NCBI GenBank assembly: GCA_032128875.1
Contig: JAVLKG010000013.1
Span: 32,001 to 96,000, forward strand
DNA: 64,000 nucleotides
Direction of reading: 5' to 3'
From: Candidatus Melainabacteria bacterium 17Bon1m
Lineage (GTDB): Bacteria; Cyanobacteriota; Vampirovibrionia; Obscuribacterales; Obscuribacteraceae
Shown: piece after piece, positions 50,297 to 59,712 of the stretch
Layout: each line of letters opens with the position of its first letter
Position numbering within the stretch: the first letter of the stretch is position 1
Notes under the pieces: generated by a model
The model's input: only the letters and a program-made list of their open reading frames with translations
Told to the model about the DNA's origin: nothing
Databases searched by the model: none
Position numbers and translations under genes: made by a program

Positions 50297-50986
50297 CTAA
50301 CCCCGCCGGAAGACGAAGAGAGAGTCCTTCACGAACGGTGCGGGCCAGCGCGGAATGTTAACGCGCTTTTCCACGGCCCAATCGCGCCGAATCAGCTCTT
50401 CGAATTCCTCGTCGCCGCAGCAGCCACCTGGTTCTTCTCCGACGTAGAGAAGGCGCTCGCCCTTATAGAGCTTCACGCAGTCGGCAGCCATAGAAGAGAA
50501 GGGAGGCGGCCAGCAGAGGAAGAGCCTTCGTTCCAGTGCTGCGTCCGTTGAAAGGATCTCAGGCCCGGCAGCGAAGATGTGCGTCCACGCTGTTGTGCCC
50601 TCGTCGCGGTGAGAGCCTGGCTCGCCCGAAGCAAGCGGGTCGCACGCCAGAATGTCCACGCCCATCTTGCGCAGCAGCCACGCCCAGTAAGCGTTGCCGC
50701 ATCCCAGCTCGATGAGCGAGCCGTGACGAGCAAGCTCCTGAAGCGCAGAGATGTTGGGAATCGCCCAGGCGAAGCGCTGCACAGCCTTCGTGCGCTCCTG
50801 CTCCAGCCGCCAGTGAGCGGTGGCAATGTCTCGCCACTCCCACTCCTCGAACTCGCGGTCGACGTGCAACGACGGGAGCTGGTCGAGGTAGAGAAGATGC
50901 GCCAAAGAGAGGAAGAAGCGCAGGTACGGGTTGTCGACTTCCTTCAAGAGACCTCCTTGGTGGTGTTTTTCTGTGCGAAGAAACAC
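50297..50986 (-). CDS. Class I SAM-dependent methyltransferase-like protein
   Basis: FAWAIP, LIELGCGNAYWAWLL, ILACD, LFLCWPP, LYVGE. Confidence 0.75.
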   Translation of the reverse strand: MFLRTEKHHQGGLLKEVDNPYLRFFLSLAHLLYLDQLPSLHVDREFEEWEWRDIATAHWRLEQERTKAVQRFAWAIPNISALQELARHGSLIELGCGNAYWAWLLRKMGVDILACDPLASGEPGSHRDEGTTAWTHIFAAGPEILSTDAALERRLFLCWPPPFSSMAADCVKLYKGERLLYVGEEPGGCCGDEEFEELIRRDWAVEKRVNIPRWPAPFVKDSLFVFRRG

Positions 50987-51103
50987 CGATGCTCAGACGT
51001 TCATCAGCGAGGATGAAACAGCGGGCGCAAAGGCTTGGTAATACTGTGTGCTGTTGTTCTGAGCGCAGTTGATGGAGAAGTGAAAGAGAGAAGAGATAAG
51101 TTC

Positions 51104-51133
51104 AACGTACCTGTCGTTTTCCGGCAGAGTCAA
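51104..51133 (-). promoter_or_regulatory. Putative promoter of the methyltransferase-like gene
   Basis: Minus strand reads TTGACT-N18-TACGTT followed by a pyrimidine tract. Confidence 0.5.
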
Positions 51134-51316
51134 TCAAGTTCGATTCGCTTTTAGGATTAAATGAACTGGTTTGTGCGCGCGAATTGCGCATCGCACACCA
51201 GTTTTAACCGTTAAACAAAATACCACTATACTGTATAAAAGAAAGATCGCAAAAAGCAATGCCGCCGGAGATTGGCTTGTGGCCAAACCCGACGACACTG
51301 CTGTTAGGAATTTGGC

Positions 51317-52102
51317 TTAGAACCTGCCGACTTCCTTCTGGGTGCGCACGTTGTAGAGCATGGCGCCGCCACCGATGGTGCAGGCGTTGCTCTCCCAGGC
51401 GGCGCCGTCATCTGCAGCTTCCGCGTAGGTCTGATACGGTCCTTCGGGCACCTGGGTGCCGTCGCCGCCTTCGAAGCGGTATGAGGAGCCATGTCCGCTG
51501 TACTTCACGACCCACTCGCGACGCAAGCGGTCGTACTCGCCGGTGAGGGAGACAGCCAGTTCGAGCTTGCCGGCGGCGCCAGCGTAGTGCTCTTCCGGGT
51601 GCATTCCGTAGCCGGACGCCTTGTACATCTCGCGGTCCACCTTGTAGGCGGAGTGCAAGAGCATCTCGGCGAAAACCACGTTGCAGCGAGCCGCGTCGAC
51701 CTGAAGGCGGAGCTTGGGATCGCTGTTGGCGTCGATGGCAGTGCGCAGCGCGTTGACCGCGTTGATGAGCTCGGTGCGAGCGGCGGCGATGGCACTGATG
51801 GTGCCGAGCCAGCGAAGCTTGCAGCCGTAGAGGGTGACGCGCCGCTGTTCACGCTCGAGTTTCTTTTCCTCGATCGTGCGGAGCAGCTGGTGGTACTCCC
51901 AGTCCTTCATCTTCCAACGGTCTTCGTTGGATGGCGTGGCGGGAATGAAGTCGGCGCCCTCGCAGAGGTTGCCGTTGGCGTCCTTGTACAGCGCGTGAGC
52001 TGCTTGGACTTCGGAAACGGCCACCTCGAGGGCGGCGTAGGCGACAGCAACCGCAGCCGTTTCGGCGATGTGCGGGGTCGCGATGATTGAATGCTTGTTC
52101 AC
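51317..52102 (-). CDS. Hypothetical helical protein with a small C-terminal beta domain
   Basis: GAGGA RBS, GTG at 52102, strong GC3 bias. Confidence 0.7.
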   Translation of the reverse strand: MNKHSIIATPHIAETAAVAVAYAALEVAVSEVQAAHALYKDANGNLCEGADFIPATPSNEDRWKMKDWEYHQLLRTIEEKKLEREQRRVTLYGCKLRWLGTISAIAAARTELINAVNALRTAIDANSDPKLRLQVDAARCNVVFAEMLLHSAYKVDREMYKASGYGMHPEEHYAGAAGKLELAVSLTGEYDRLRREWVVKYSGHGSSYRFEGGDGTQVPEGPYQTYAEAADDGAAWESNACTIGGGAMLYNVRTQKEVGRF

Positions 52103-52316
52103 TTTCTTTTCCTCTTGCCTGAGTTTGAGTACATTGCAAGCGCGCCATACAGGCATGCGCACTCGCAACAGCCCCCGCGGACAAGCCACGCGATGAGGAT
52201 CGCGCAGCCATAAAGTAACGGGGACAGGGTGGATGTGGATGGTTTCGATGACGCCGAGCCCGAGCGGATTCGCTTTCGCGAGTGTCCGCCAGGCTCAGCC
52301 GCGTTTCACAGAAGAA

Positions 52317-53084
52317 TTACTTCTGCGACTCGACGTACTTCTGGTACAGCGTGTAGGCGACGACGGTCTTCATGTCGTCCACCTTCCAGAGCGAATCCAG
52401 CTCGACGATCTTGAGGACGATGGATTCGCCCTCTTCGATGAGGCCGGTGCACTTGCCCTCGTAGGAGGCGAGCTCCTCCTCGGTGACGTCCTTCTCGTAG
52501 GCGAACAGGCGCAGCGTCTCGTCCGTGCCGCCGGGCGACACGAACGCGCCACCCGAGTAGCTGGCGAAGGAGGACAGGTCGATGAGGTCGGCTTCCGCGA
52601 TGGTCACGCCCAGCTCTTCCTTGAGCTCCTTGGCGGCGACACCACCGAAGTTGCCCGAACCGTCGAGCATGCCCGCGGGAATCTCTTCGAAGTCGAAGCG
52701 CCCGGTGGCGACGCGCGGCTGGACGGTGAGGATGGTGTACTTCTTGCCGTTGCAGTTGAGCACGGGCAGCATGCCGACGGCGCCGCCGCGCATGAAGACG
52801 ATGCCCGGGATGAACTTGTCGTTGGCATCGGTGACTTCGGCGACGAACTTGATGAAGCCGACGATCTTCTGCGGGCCGAACAAGTCGACGGACTGGAACT
52901 TGACGCTCTTCACGACGTAGCGTTCACCGACCGAAGCGAGCCAGTTCTGGAACGGCTTCGAGGCGACAGCCTTGTCGAGAACATCCTTCGGAACGACGTT
53001 GATGGGAGTCTTGTCCGCGCGGTCGTCATCGGGGATAACGGTGGCGGAGGCGATGACGATTTTGGCGATGGCGTTCTTGTCCAT
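52317..53084 (-). CDS. Nudix hydrolase, plant NUDX14-like ADP-sugar pyrophosphatase
   Basis: VDLFG..VGFIK, PGIVFMRGGAVGML, QPRV, EIPAGMLD..AAKELKEELG, SPGGTDE. Confidence 0.88.
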   Translation of the reverse strand: MDKNAIAKIVIASATVIPDDDRADKTPINVVPKDVLDKAVASKPFQNWLASVGERYVVKSVKFQSVDLFGPQKIVGFIKFVAEVTDANDKFIPGIVFMRGGAVGMLPVLNCNGKKYTILTVQPRVATGRFDFEEIPAGMLDGSGNFGGVAAKELKEELGVTIAEADLIDLSSFASYSGGAFVSPGGTDETLRLFAYEKDVTEEELASYEGKCTGLIEEGESIVLKIVELDSLWKVDDMKTVVAYTLYQKYVESQK

Positions 53085-53531
53085 ATTGTGTGTCCCTTTC
53101 GGAATCTAGGTCACTTGCTGAACTAGCGACGAATGCGCAGCGTGATGACATCACACGGCGAATGCGGCGCGGAATTGCAACTCTCAGGTCTCAATCGGCG
53201 ACTTCGCGAAGCGGCTGACCATTGCTTGCTGGTGCAAGAAGGTTTGTTTCCCGGATGTGGGTGATGGTAGCGCTTCGAGTAGGTTTGTTGCCGAAAAGAA
53301 AATGGAGTTACGTAGGTCTTCAACTTGGCAAAAACACTCAAAAGGGTCAATTAAGCCCTGATCATAGAAACGTTCCGCTAACGTACTAATAAACTAACAT
53401 TGCTTGTTCATGATCAATGAAACGTAATAGCTGTCAGGTTTTGTCGCCTGAGTGAAACTTGTATGTGCGCGGTCTAATTTGTTTTGTCTCGGTAGCGCCG
53501 CTTGTAAAGGGGTGATGCGTCAGCTCTCGAA

Positions 53532-53591
53532 AGCTCGCGTAATACCTCGCACAAAACCTCGCACAAAACCTTGCGTGAAACCTCGCACAAG
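53532..53591 (+). repeat. Tandem repeat, 5 x 12 bp (ACCTCGCACAAA consensus)
   Basis: Units at 53532, 53544, 53556, 53568 and 53580. Confidence 0.8.
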
Positions 53592-53665
53592 AGACCCCGC
53601 AGATGTGGGATGGTTTGAGGTCTGCAAGAGGATATACTGTTGCGCCTCAGCACTAGGAGCAATTT

Positions 53666-54655
53666 ATGAGCGAGTCTAAAGTCAAGGTCAGCCCTGGAAT
53701 TGAAGCGACGACCAGAGAGTTTCTCAACAAGATAAACGCGTCCACGGGACCTGCCTTGTATGAGTTAACACCTGAGGAAGCCCGGAAAGTTTTCGATGGA
53801 CTTCAGGGTGACAAGATCGCCAAATTGCCCGCACAAATCGAAGAAAGAAAAATCCCCGGTGGCCCCAAGGGCGACGTGAATATTCGCATCGTCAGACCTG
53901 AAGGAGCGAAGGAAACACTGCCTGTCATAATTTACATCCACGGAGCGGGCTGGGTCTTGGGCGGCTGGCAGTCGCATGATCGTCTGGTTTTGGAACTCGC
54001 GAACAAAGCGCATGCCGCGGTTGTTTTCGTTGACTTTTCGTTGTCGCCTGAAAACAAATATCCCGTCGCAGTTGAAGAAGCGTATGCCGCAGCAAAATGG
54101 GTTGCTGAAAACGCCAAAGAAATCAACGTTGATGCTAGCAGAATGGCTGTTTCTGGAGACAGTGTCGGCGGCAACATGTCCATCGCTTTGACGATGATGT
54201 GCAAAGAGAAAAGCGGGCCGAAGCTGGCTTTCCAATGCTTGTTCTATCCAGTAACAGACGCGAATTTCGATAACGGTTCGTACAAGCAATTTGGCGAACA
54301 TCACTTCCTGACTCGCGAAGCGATGAAATGGTTCTGGAATGCCTACGCCGATGAATCGAAAAGAAACGATCCCAAAGTTTGCCCCCTGAAAGCAACCGCT
54401 GAGCAGCTGAAAGGTTTGCCGCCGGCAATTATCTTCACCGCCGAAAATGATGTTCTTCGCGATGAAGGCGAGCAATACGCTCACAATCTTACGGAAGCCG
54501 GCGTACACGTGACTGCTGTTCGTTGCCTCGGCACCATACACGACTTTGTGATGTTGCACGCTTTGGCCGAAACACCCGCAGCCAAGTTCGCAACGGAGTC
54601 TGGTGCAGCAGCTCTCAAAGCCGCTCTTCATCGAGAAGTTGCATTGAAAAAATAA
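53666..54655 (+). CDS. Alpha/beta hydrolase, HSL/Aes family esterase
   Basis: HGAGW, GDSVGG, DVLRDEG, HDF; AGGAG RBS. Confidence 0.93.
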   Translation: MSESKVKVSPGIEATTREFLNKINASTGPALYELTPEEARKVFDGLQGDKIAKLPAQIEERKIPGGPKGDVNIRIVRPEGAKETLPVIIYIHGAGWVLGGWQSHDRLVLELANKAHAAVVFVDFSLSPENKYPVAVEEAYAAAKWVAENAKEINVDASRMAVSGDSVGGNMSIALTMMCKEKSGPKLAFQCLFYPVTDANFDNGSYKQFGEHHFLTREAMKWFWNAYADESKRNDPKVCPLKATAEQLKGLPPAIIFTAENDVLRDEGEQYAHNLTEAGVHVTAVRCLGTIHDFVMLHALAETPAAKFATESGAAALKAALHREVALKK

Positions 54656-55017
54656 TGGCGGCTCGCCAGCATTTTTGTTCGCAGTATAGGCGGCGTTAGT
54701 GCCGCCCGCCGACATTTTTAACTGCGTTTTCTCGATGCAGGCAAGCTTTTGTAAAGGACGCTAACTTTCGTTAGTCGAAAAGAACGCTCGCCGCATTACC
54801 TCGAGTTGTTGTCTGCGCGCAGTATTTATTTGCGTCTCAGCTAAGTACTGCGAGAGAGTAAGTCATTCGCTTCATTCACTCTCTGGTTCGGCAAAACTCG
54901 TCATTCACGATTGCACCTTTACTGCAGCGCTTACGCGACCGTTTTAGGTCGTCTGGAATGTTGCCGTCCTTGAAAGTGAATGCGCAGGCGAATCAACCTA
55001 GTAGAAAGGAGAGGGAC

Positions 55018-55338
55018 ATGGGTTTTCTCTTGCTTGCCTCAATTGGTCTTTTGCTCGGGGTTGAGTTGTACAGGTTTTTCAAAGTGTATTTCTGGCAGCT
55101 CGAAATGGATGTGAGAGAAAGGGCGCTGTTCGCCGCCCGCAAGAGGCACGGACAGCTCGCGCGAAATATCGGCAAGCCCGAACATCCCGAAATCACAGAG
55201 GAAGACGTGGAACATGCTCTTAACGCGGAGTTGGCGGCAAAGTCTGCTTCGCAAGAGGCTTGGCGCAGGCGCCCATTCTGGAACGTTCGTCCGCGGCATT
55301 TCTTAGTGGCGGAAGCGTGTCTGAAGCGGCGTGGATAG
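55018..55338 (+). CDS. Hypothetical protein with N-terminal TM
   Basis: AGGAG RBS, hydrophobic N-terminus, helical body. Confidence 0.6.
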   Translation: MGFLLLASIGLLLGVELYRFFKVYFWQLEMDVRERALFAARKRHGQLARNIGKPEHPEITEEDVEHALNAELAAKSASQEAWRRRPFWNVRPRHFLVAEACLKRRG

Positions 55339-55398
55339 CCGCAACGGAGATGCGGACTTGACTTGGTTCAACAAATTTTTCGAAAAGGAGACAGCGTT

Positions 55399-55851
55399 AT
55401 GTCGATGGTACTCGTAGTCTCGGCCACTGCCTTGGTTGGTCTCTCGGTGCTGCTCACCTGGCCTCGCTGCAAGCGCGTGCTGCTTTGGATTTCATACTGT
55501 CAGCAGTATCAGCGACGACTCGACGCTGCCCAGCAGGAGTCGAATCGCTTGCGCGAATGCTACAACGGAGCGGCGCAGGAGTTGGAAGAGGCAGAAGCGC
55601 GTTATGAGCACAGCCAGGGAGTTGTTGCCGAGATGGCACTTTCGCGCCTGCGCTTTTCCGTCAACACCTGGCGGAGTCGCTTGCAGGCTGCGCTTCAGGA
55701 AGAGCGCGAAGCCGAGTCGCATATGCGCGACATTCTCAAGGCCGCACCTAAGGGCGGCTGGCGCCCCAGTCATCGCCGCTCTGCACAGCGAATGGTCGCA
55801 GGTGTGGCGCAACCTGCCCCGCGCCGCATTCATTACGCCGACTTGGCGTAA
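55399..55851 (+). CDS. Hypothetical protein with N-terminal TM and coiled coil
   Basis: AAGGAG RBS; heptad-like E/Q/R-rich stretch. Confidence 0.65.
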   Translation: MSMVLVVSATALVGLSVLLTWPRCKRVLLWISYCQQYQRRLDAAQQESNRLRECYNGAAQELEEAEARYEHSQGVVAEMALSRLRFSVNTWRSRLQAALQEEREAESHMRDILKAAPKGGWRPSHRRSAQRMVAGVAQPAPRRIHYADLA

Positions 55852-55936
55852 TGCGCTTTTCTTGCACCAATCTGGTGCGTAGTTCTTTCTGTTGACGCTG
55901 GCGGCTTCTGCTGCAACTAAGCTGCAGAGCGCGACA

Positions 55937-55967
55937 ACGATGGTGTCAGACTACCTGGCACCATCGT
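55937..55967 (+). terminator. Hairpin between convergent genes
   Basis: ACGATGGTGTCAG-ACTAC-CTGGCACCATCGT. Confidence 0.5.
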
Positions 55968-56114
55968 GATTTCACATTTTTCAACGAAAAACTACGGCAT
56001 ACAGTAGTAAAAGCGCCAAAAAACAACGACCCCGAAATCGGCTGAACAACGGCGTTTGCCGCAGTCAGTCTCATCCGGAGTCGTTGTGCTCACTAGTGAG
56101 CGCAGAGGGTAGTG

Positions 56115-57140
56115 TCATCCACTGGTCCCCCTCTCGCTGCATGCATGCTCGCCGATGAAAGCGAAGTATGCCGCCGACAGCTCTTCGATGAGCTCGCCGC
56201 TGACTGCCTTGAAGTTAATCGCTGCTGCGTCCTTGTGACCGCCTGCGCTCCCGTACTTGTGGAAGCCAGCGACCAGGTCACGCAGGTCGACGTGTGGGTC
56301 GACTGTGGTCAGCGAGACGTATCCGTCCTTTCGCACTGTGGCAATGTGCCTGTAGAAATAACCCAGCTCACCCATCACACCGCGATGGATTTCCGGATTA
56401 TCCGTGTCAAGCACGACGAACACTGCTTCTTCGTTGTCAGACTCGCGAACATCGGCTGCCTTGAGGGCATCCAGGATGTGAGGGTCTTTCCGCGTGCGCA
56501 GCTTCCGCTGATAGTCCTCGAACAGTTCATCGGACAAGCCGTGACGCGTCAGCTCGGCGAGAGCCCTTGCTGCGCGCGACGGCTCGTGATGTCTGAGCCA
56601 GAACGTATCGGTGAGGATACTGACGACGAGAATCGGCTCGTAAATCCTGAACCGTTCGATAAGCAAACAGCCGGCAGCAGGAGCGGGTTGGATGAACCCT
56701 TCCTCGTCATCCTGCCTGACGTCCGGTTTCACGTGATGGTCGATGGTGTAGACCTTGACCCCACGAGTGTCGAAACCGATGCGGTTTGCTTGTCCATCCA
56801 CGACGATGATTTCGTCGGGACGCCACTGAGCGAGAAGCGCATCGTAGGCGCCTTGCAGGTCGCCTGTGACGAACTGTCCGCCAGTGAATTGCAGCGCAGA
56901 AGCATGGAAGTCCTCGCTCTGAAGAATCCATGCAATCTGGCTGTACATGGTGATGGTGGGTAGCGTGAAGGCTTCCAACCCCTGCTTGCGCAGATGCTGG
57001 ATGAGCGCCTTTGTGCACGCTACCGAGTCACCATCGACCGGCTGAGACGGACCGACCACCAGAGTGCGTTTGGACCAATTACGTCCATGCCGCAGCCCGG
57101 AGGTCAGGTTCCGCAACCACGTGAGGGCTTGCGCGAACAT
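56115..57140 (-). CDS. DHH family phosphoesterase (NrnA-like)
   Basis: VDGDS, VVDG, IDHH, ILTDT, GGHKDAAA; AGGAGG RBS. Confidence 0.85.
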   Translation of the reverse strand: MFAQALTWLRNLTSGLRHGRNWSKRTLVVGPSQPVDGDSVACTKALIQHLRKQGLEAFTLPTITMYSQIAWILQSEDFHASALQFTGGQFVTGDLQGAYDALLAQWRPDEIIVVDGQANRIGFDTRGVKVYTIDHHVKPDVRQDDEEGFIQPAPAAGCLLIERFRIYEPILVVSILTDTFWLRHHEPSRAARALAELTRHGLSDELFEDYQRKLRTRKDPHILDALKAADVRESDNEEAVFVVLDTDNPEIHRGVMGELGYFYRHIATVRKDGYVSLTTVDPHVDLRDLVAGFHKYGSAGGHKDAAAINFKAVSGELIEELSAAYFAFIGEHACSERGTSG

Positions 57141-57174
57141 ATAGCCTCCTTTCGGCTATGGCGGCTGGAAGATG

Positions 57175-57426
57175 TTAGTCCCAGTCGCGGTTTTTGATTG
57201 CCTGGCGGCCGTCGGCGCGGTCCTTGCGGTTGCTCTTGCGCTTGCGCTCGGACTTGACGCCACCGTGAACGCCGGAGCCCGACCGCGGGTTGATGCCCGA
57301 GTCGATTTCTTCCTGCCGGCGATTGGCGCGGTCCATCGTCCTCAGCTGTTCGCGAGTGATGGTGCCGCAGTGGAGCGGGTCTTTCTTCTGTTTCCCGCGC
57401 GTGTCATAACTTCGTTGCTTAGCCAT
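57175..57426 (-). CDS. Small, highly basic protein (83 aa)
   Basis: GAGGAG RBS; R/K-rich. Confidence 0.75.
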   Translation of the reverse strand: MAKQRSYDTRGKQKKDPLHCGTITREQLRTMDRANRRQEEIDSGINPRSGSGVHGGVKSERKRKSNRKDRADGRQAIKNRDWD

Positions 57427-57503
57427 AATCTCCTCTCATCGAGTTTTTAGTTAGTTACACATCGAAGCTGGCGGTACGCTTTCTAGCGTCGCGTCACTTC
57501 TCT

Positions 57504-57764
57504 TCAGTTGAGCTTGCCGACGTCGACCATCGCGACGGAGAGCAGGCGATACTGGTACTGTCCGCCGCCCAGGTGGGTGCGTTCGTACACAGAAGCCATG
57601 CGCTTGGTCGGGTGGTTGCGCAGCAGCAGCTGTTCGTAGACCGGCTCGTACTGCACAGCGAAATCGGTGGTGACACCTTCGCCGTCGCCGAACAGAACTG
57701 CGAACTCTTCAGGCATGTCGAGATTGAGGTCCCGCTTTGCCTTGCTTGCAGATTGAGTGTGCAT
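57504..57764 (-). CDS. Small hypothetical protein (86 aa)
   Basis: AGGAG RBS; GC3-biased codons. Confidence 0.65.
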   Translation of the reverse strand: MHTQSASKAKRDLNLDMPEEFAVLFGDGEGVTTDFAVQYEPVYEQLLLRNHPTKRMASVYERTHLGGGQYQYRLLSVAMVDVGKLN

Positions 57765-57983
57765 GACACTTCTCCTGATGACGAGTTACAGCGAGGAAGC
57801 ACGGGATTGCGCTTCCAACCTGCGTTCGTCCGTTGTGCGAAAGCCGCCAGAGGCGAGCTTGCACCGACAGTCCCGGACTCCATGAAGGAGGGTCAGAAAG
57901 CGTGAGCCTTCCGCCCTCCTTCACGTCGACGTCCGTGGTGGACCGCACGATGCCAACTGCACTTTTGACAGCATCTCGCGAGG

Positions 57984-58958
57984 TTACGCCCGGAAGAGGC
58001 GCTCCTGCTTCACTTCCAGGTAGTCAGCCTGGTTGTAGAAGCCGAGGTGGTCGAGCGCGTTGCCGAACGAGCCCTGACCCAGCATCGGCGGCGCCGATAC
58101 CAGCGGCTTCGAAGGCGCAGCGGTAGCACCGTGACCGTCGAACTCGTCGGTCTCCGGCTTCAGCACTCCCGTGATGTACTCGAGGTACTCCGCCGGCAGG
58201 TGGCTGATGGCGTGGTACGGGGTGTAGAAGAAGCCCCGCAGCCCGGCAGTCAGACCAAGAACACCGTCCTTGGGGAGACTGTCGCCGACGTGGATGACCT
58301 GACCGGGATGCACCGAGAAGTCCTTCATCGCCAGCTCGATGCCGCGCGGGTCGGGTTTCTCGTGATCGATCGGCAGCTCACGCACGACCTTGACGCCGTG
58401 GTCCTTGTACTTCCGGTTGAGCGTAGCGATACGGCGAGTGCCGAAGCGCAGCCACTCCTCGCTGGGGACCAGCGTCAGGTCGGGAGCCTTGCACTCGAGA
58501 GCGTAGACGCCCTGGAAGTACTTGGCCAGACCGGACGACGCCAGACGAGCGATGCACATGAACATCGGCGCATCGGAAACCACAACCGCCGGGATCGCCA
58601 GCTTCTGCAGTTCCGTCAGAGCCTTCTCCACACCGTTGTACGGCTTGACGTACTTGATGCGGTACTTGTCCTGTGCATCCCAGAAGGGCTTCTCGATGAG
58701 GCGGACGAAGTCCTTCACCGAGCCCTTCCAGTACTGGTGGAACGCCAGCGCCACCGCCCACGGGTAGTCGTGAGTGGCGAAGCGAGCGAAGACGGTGCCG
58801 AGCTTGCGCCCTGCAACTTCCTCGCTGATGCCGAGGCGCTTGGCGATCTTGGGGAGCTGTTCACGCCAGGCCGGAACGGCACCAGCGAAGTAGCCGACCA
58901 TCGTGTGGTCGTTGTCGGTTGCGAAGAGACGCACTTGCGTCGGGATTTTCTGTTTCAT
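57984..58958 (-). CDS. HAD family hydrolase
   Basis: ATDNDHT (DxD), VVSDA, EKPDP, HVGDSLPKD. Confidence 0.85.
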   Translation of the reverse strand: MKQKIPTQVRLFATDNDHTMVGYFAGAVPAWREQLPKIAKRLGISEEVAGRKLGTVFARFATHDYPWAVALAFHQYWKGSVKDFVRLIEKPFWDAQDKYRIKYVKPYNGVEKALTELQKLAIPAVVVSDAPMFMCIARLASSGLAKYFQGVYALECKAPDLTLVPSEEWLRFGTRRIATLNRKYKDHGVKVVRELPIDHEKPDPRGIELAMKDFSVHPGQVIHVGDSLPKDGVLGLTAGLRGFFYTPYHAISHLPAEYLEYITGVLKPETDEFDGHGATAAPSKPLVSAPPMLGQGSFGNALDHLGFYNQADYLEVKQERLFRA

Positions 58959-59073
58959 GCGTAGTTCCTTTTGGTTACCAGATGTTCTTGATAGTTGAAC
59001 TGCGCACAGCTGGCTTGTCGGAGCGGACGTGCTCCAACAAACACCAGAGGTGCCGCCGTTGCGAGAAAGGCGT

Positions 59074-59457
59074 TCAGAAACCGCCGATGGCAGCTTGAAC
59101 GGCCTGGATCACGTCGGTGGATGTGCGAACATCCCGACATTGCCCGAACTGGAAGGAGCGACCTTCCGCAGAACTCGCCCAGAGAGAAGCCGGACCGTCG
59201 ACGACCAATGCCAGACCACCGTGTTTGGTGGTAGCAGCGAGGCCGTTGATGTCCTTCTGTGACTGACCGAGATAGCCGATGATGCGGCTTTTGCTGGAGA
59301 CTTCCTCCACTTGGGCGCCGCTGTCGACGGACGAGTCGACATTGACGACGGCGATGCCGAGCGTGGCGAGACTGGCTGCGAGAGCTGCCAATGTCGCACT
59401 CGGCAATTTGCCAATCGCATCGGGGGATGCGAAAAGCAGGTTGACGTTTTGTGCCAT
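59074..59457 (-). CDS. Hypothetical alpha/beta protein
   Basis: AGGAGGT RBS, ATG at 59457. Confidence 0.7.
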   Translation of the reverse strand: MAQNVNLLFASPDAIGKLPSATLAALAASLATLGIAVVNVDSSVDSGAQVEEVSSKSRIIGYLGQSQKDINGLAATTKHGGLALVVDGPASLWASSAEGRSFQFGQCRDVRTSTDVIQAVQAAIGGF

Positions 59458-59683
59458 GGGTACCTCCTGTATCGGTTGGATGATTAAAAGTGCCGCGACC
59501 CGCACCGTGCTGGTCGTCAGCGATATAGCCATCTCCGTCCGAAACTTCCTCAAATCCCAACAAAACGAAAACCCGCTCTCTGACTGATCGCGCAGGCGAT
59601 AAGTTGAGTAGCGGATTTACAGAGTTGAAGAGTTAAGAGGTGAAGGTTTCTAGACTTGATTGGTTTGGAAGAGATGTAGATTC

Positions 59684-59712
59684 AACCTACGCGTGTGCGT
59701 GTGCCCAAGCAA
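59684..59712 (-). promoter_or_regulatory. Putative promoter of the 59457-56115 operon
   Basis: Minus strand reads TTGCTT-N17-TAGGTT followed by a pyrimidine-rich leader. Confidence 0.45.

Noticed and set aside
57494-57883. 129-aa alternative ORF
   Set aside because: The overlapping 57504-57764 frame has the RBS and the codon bias.
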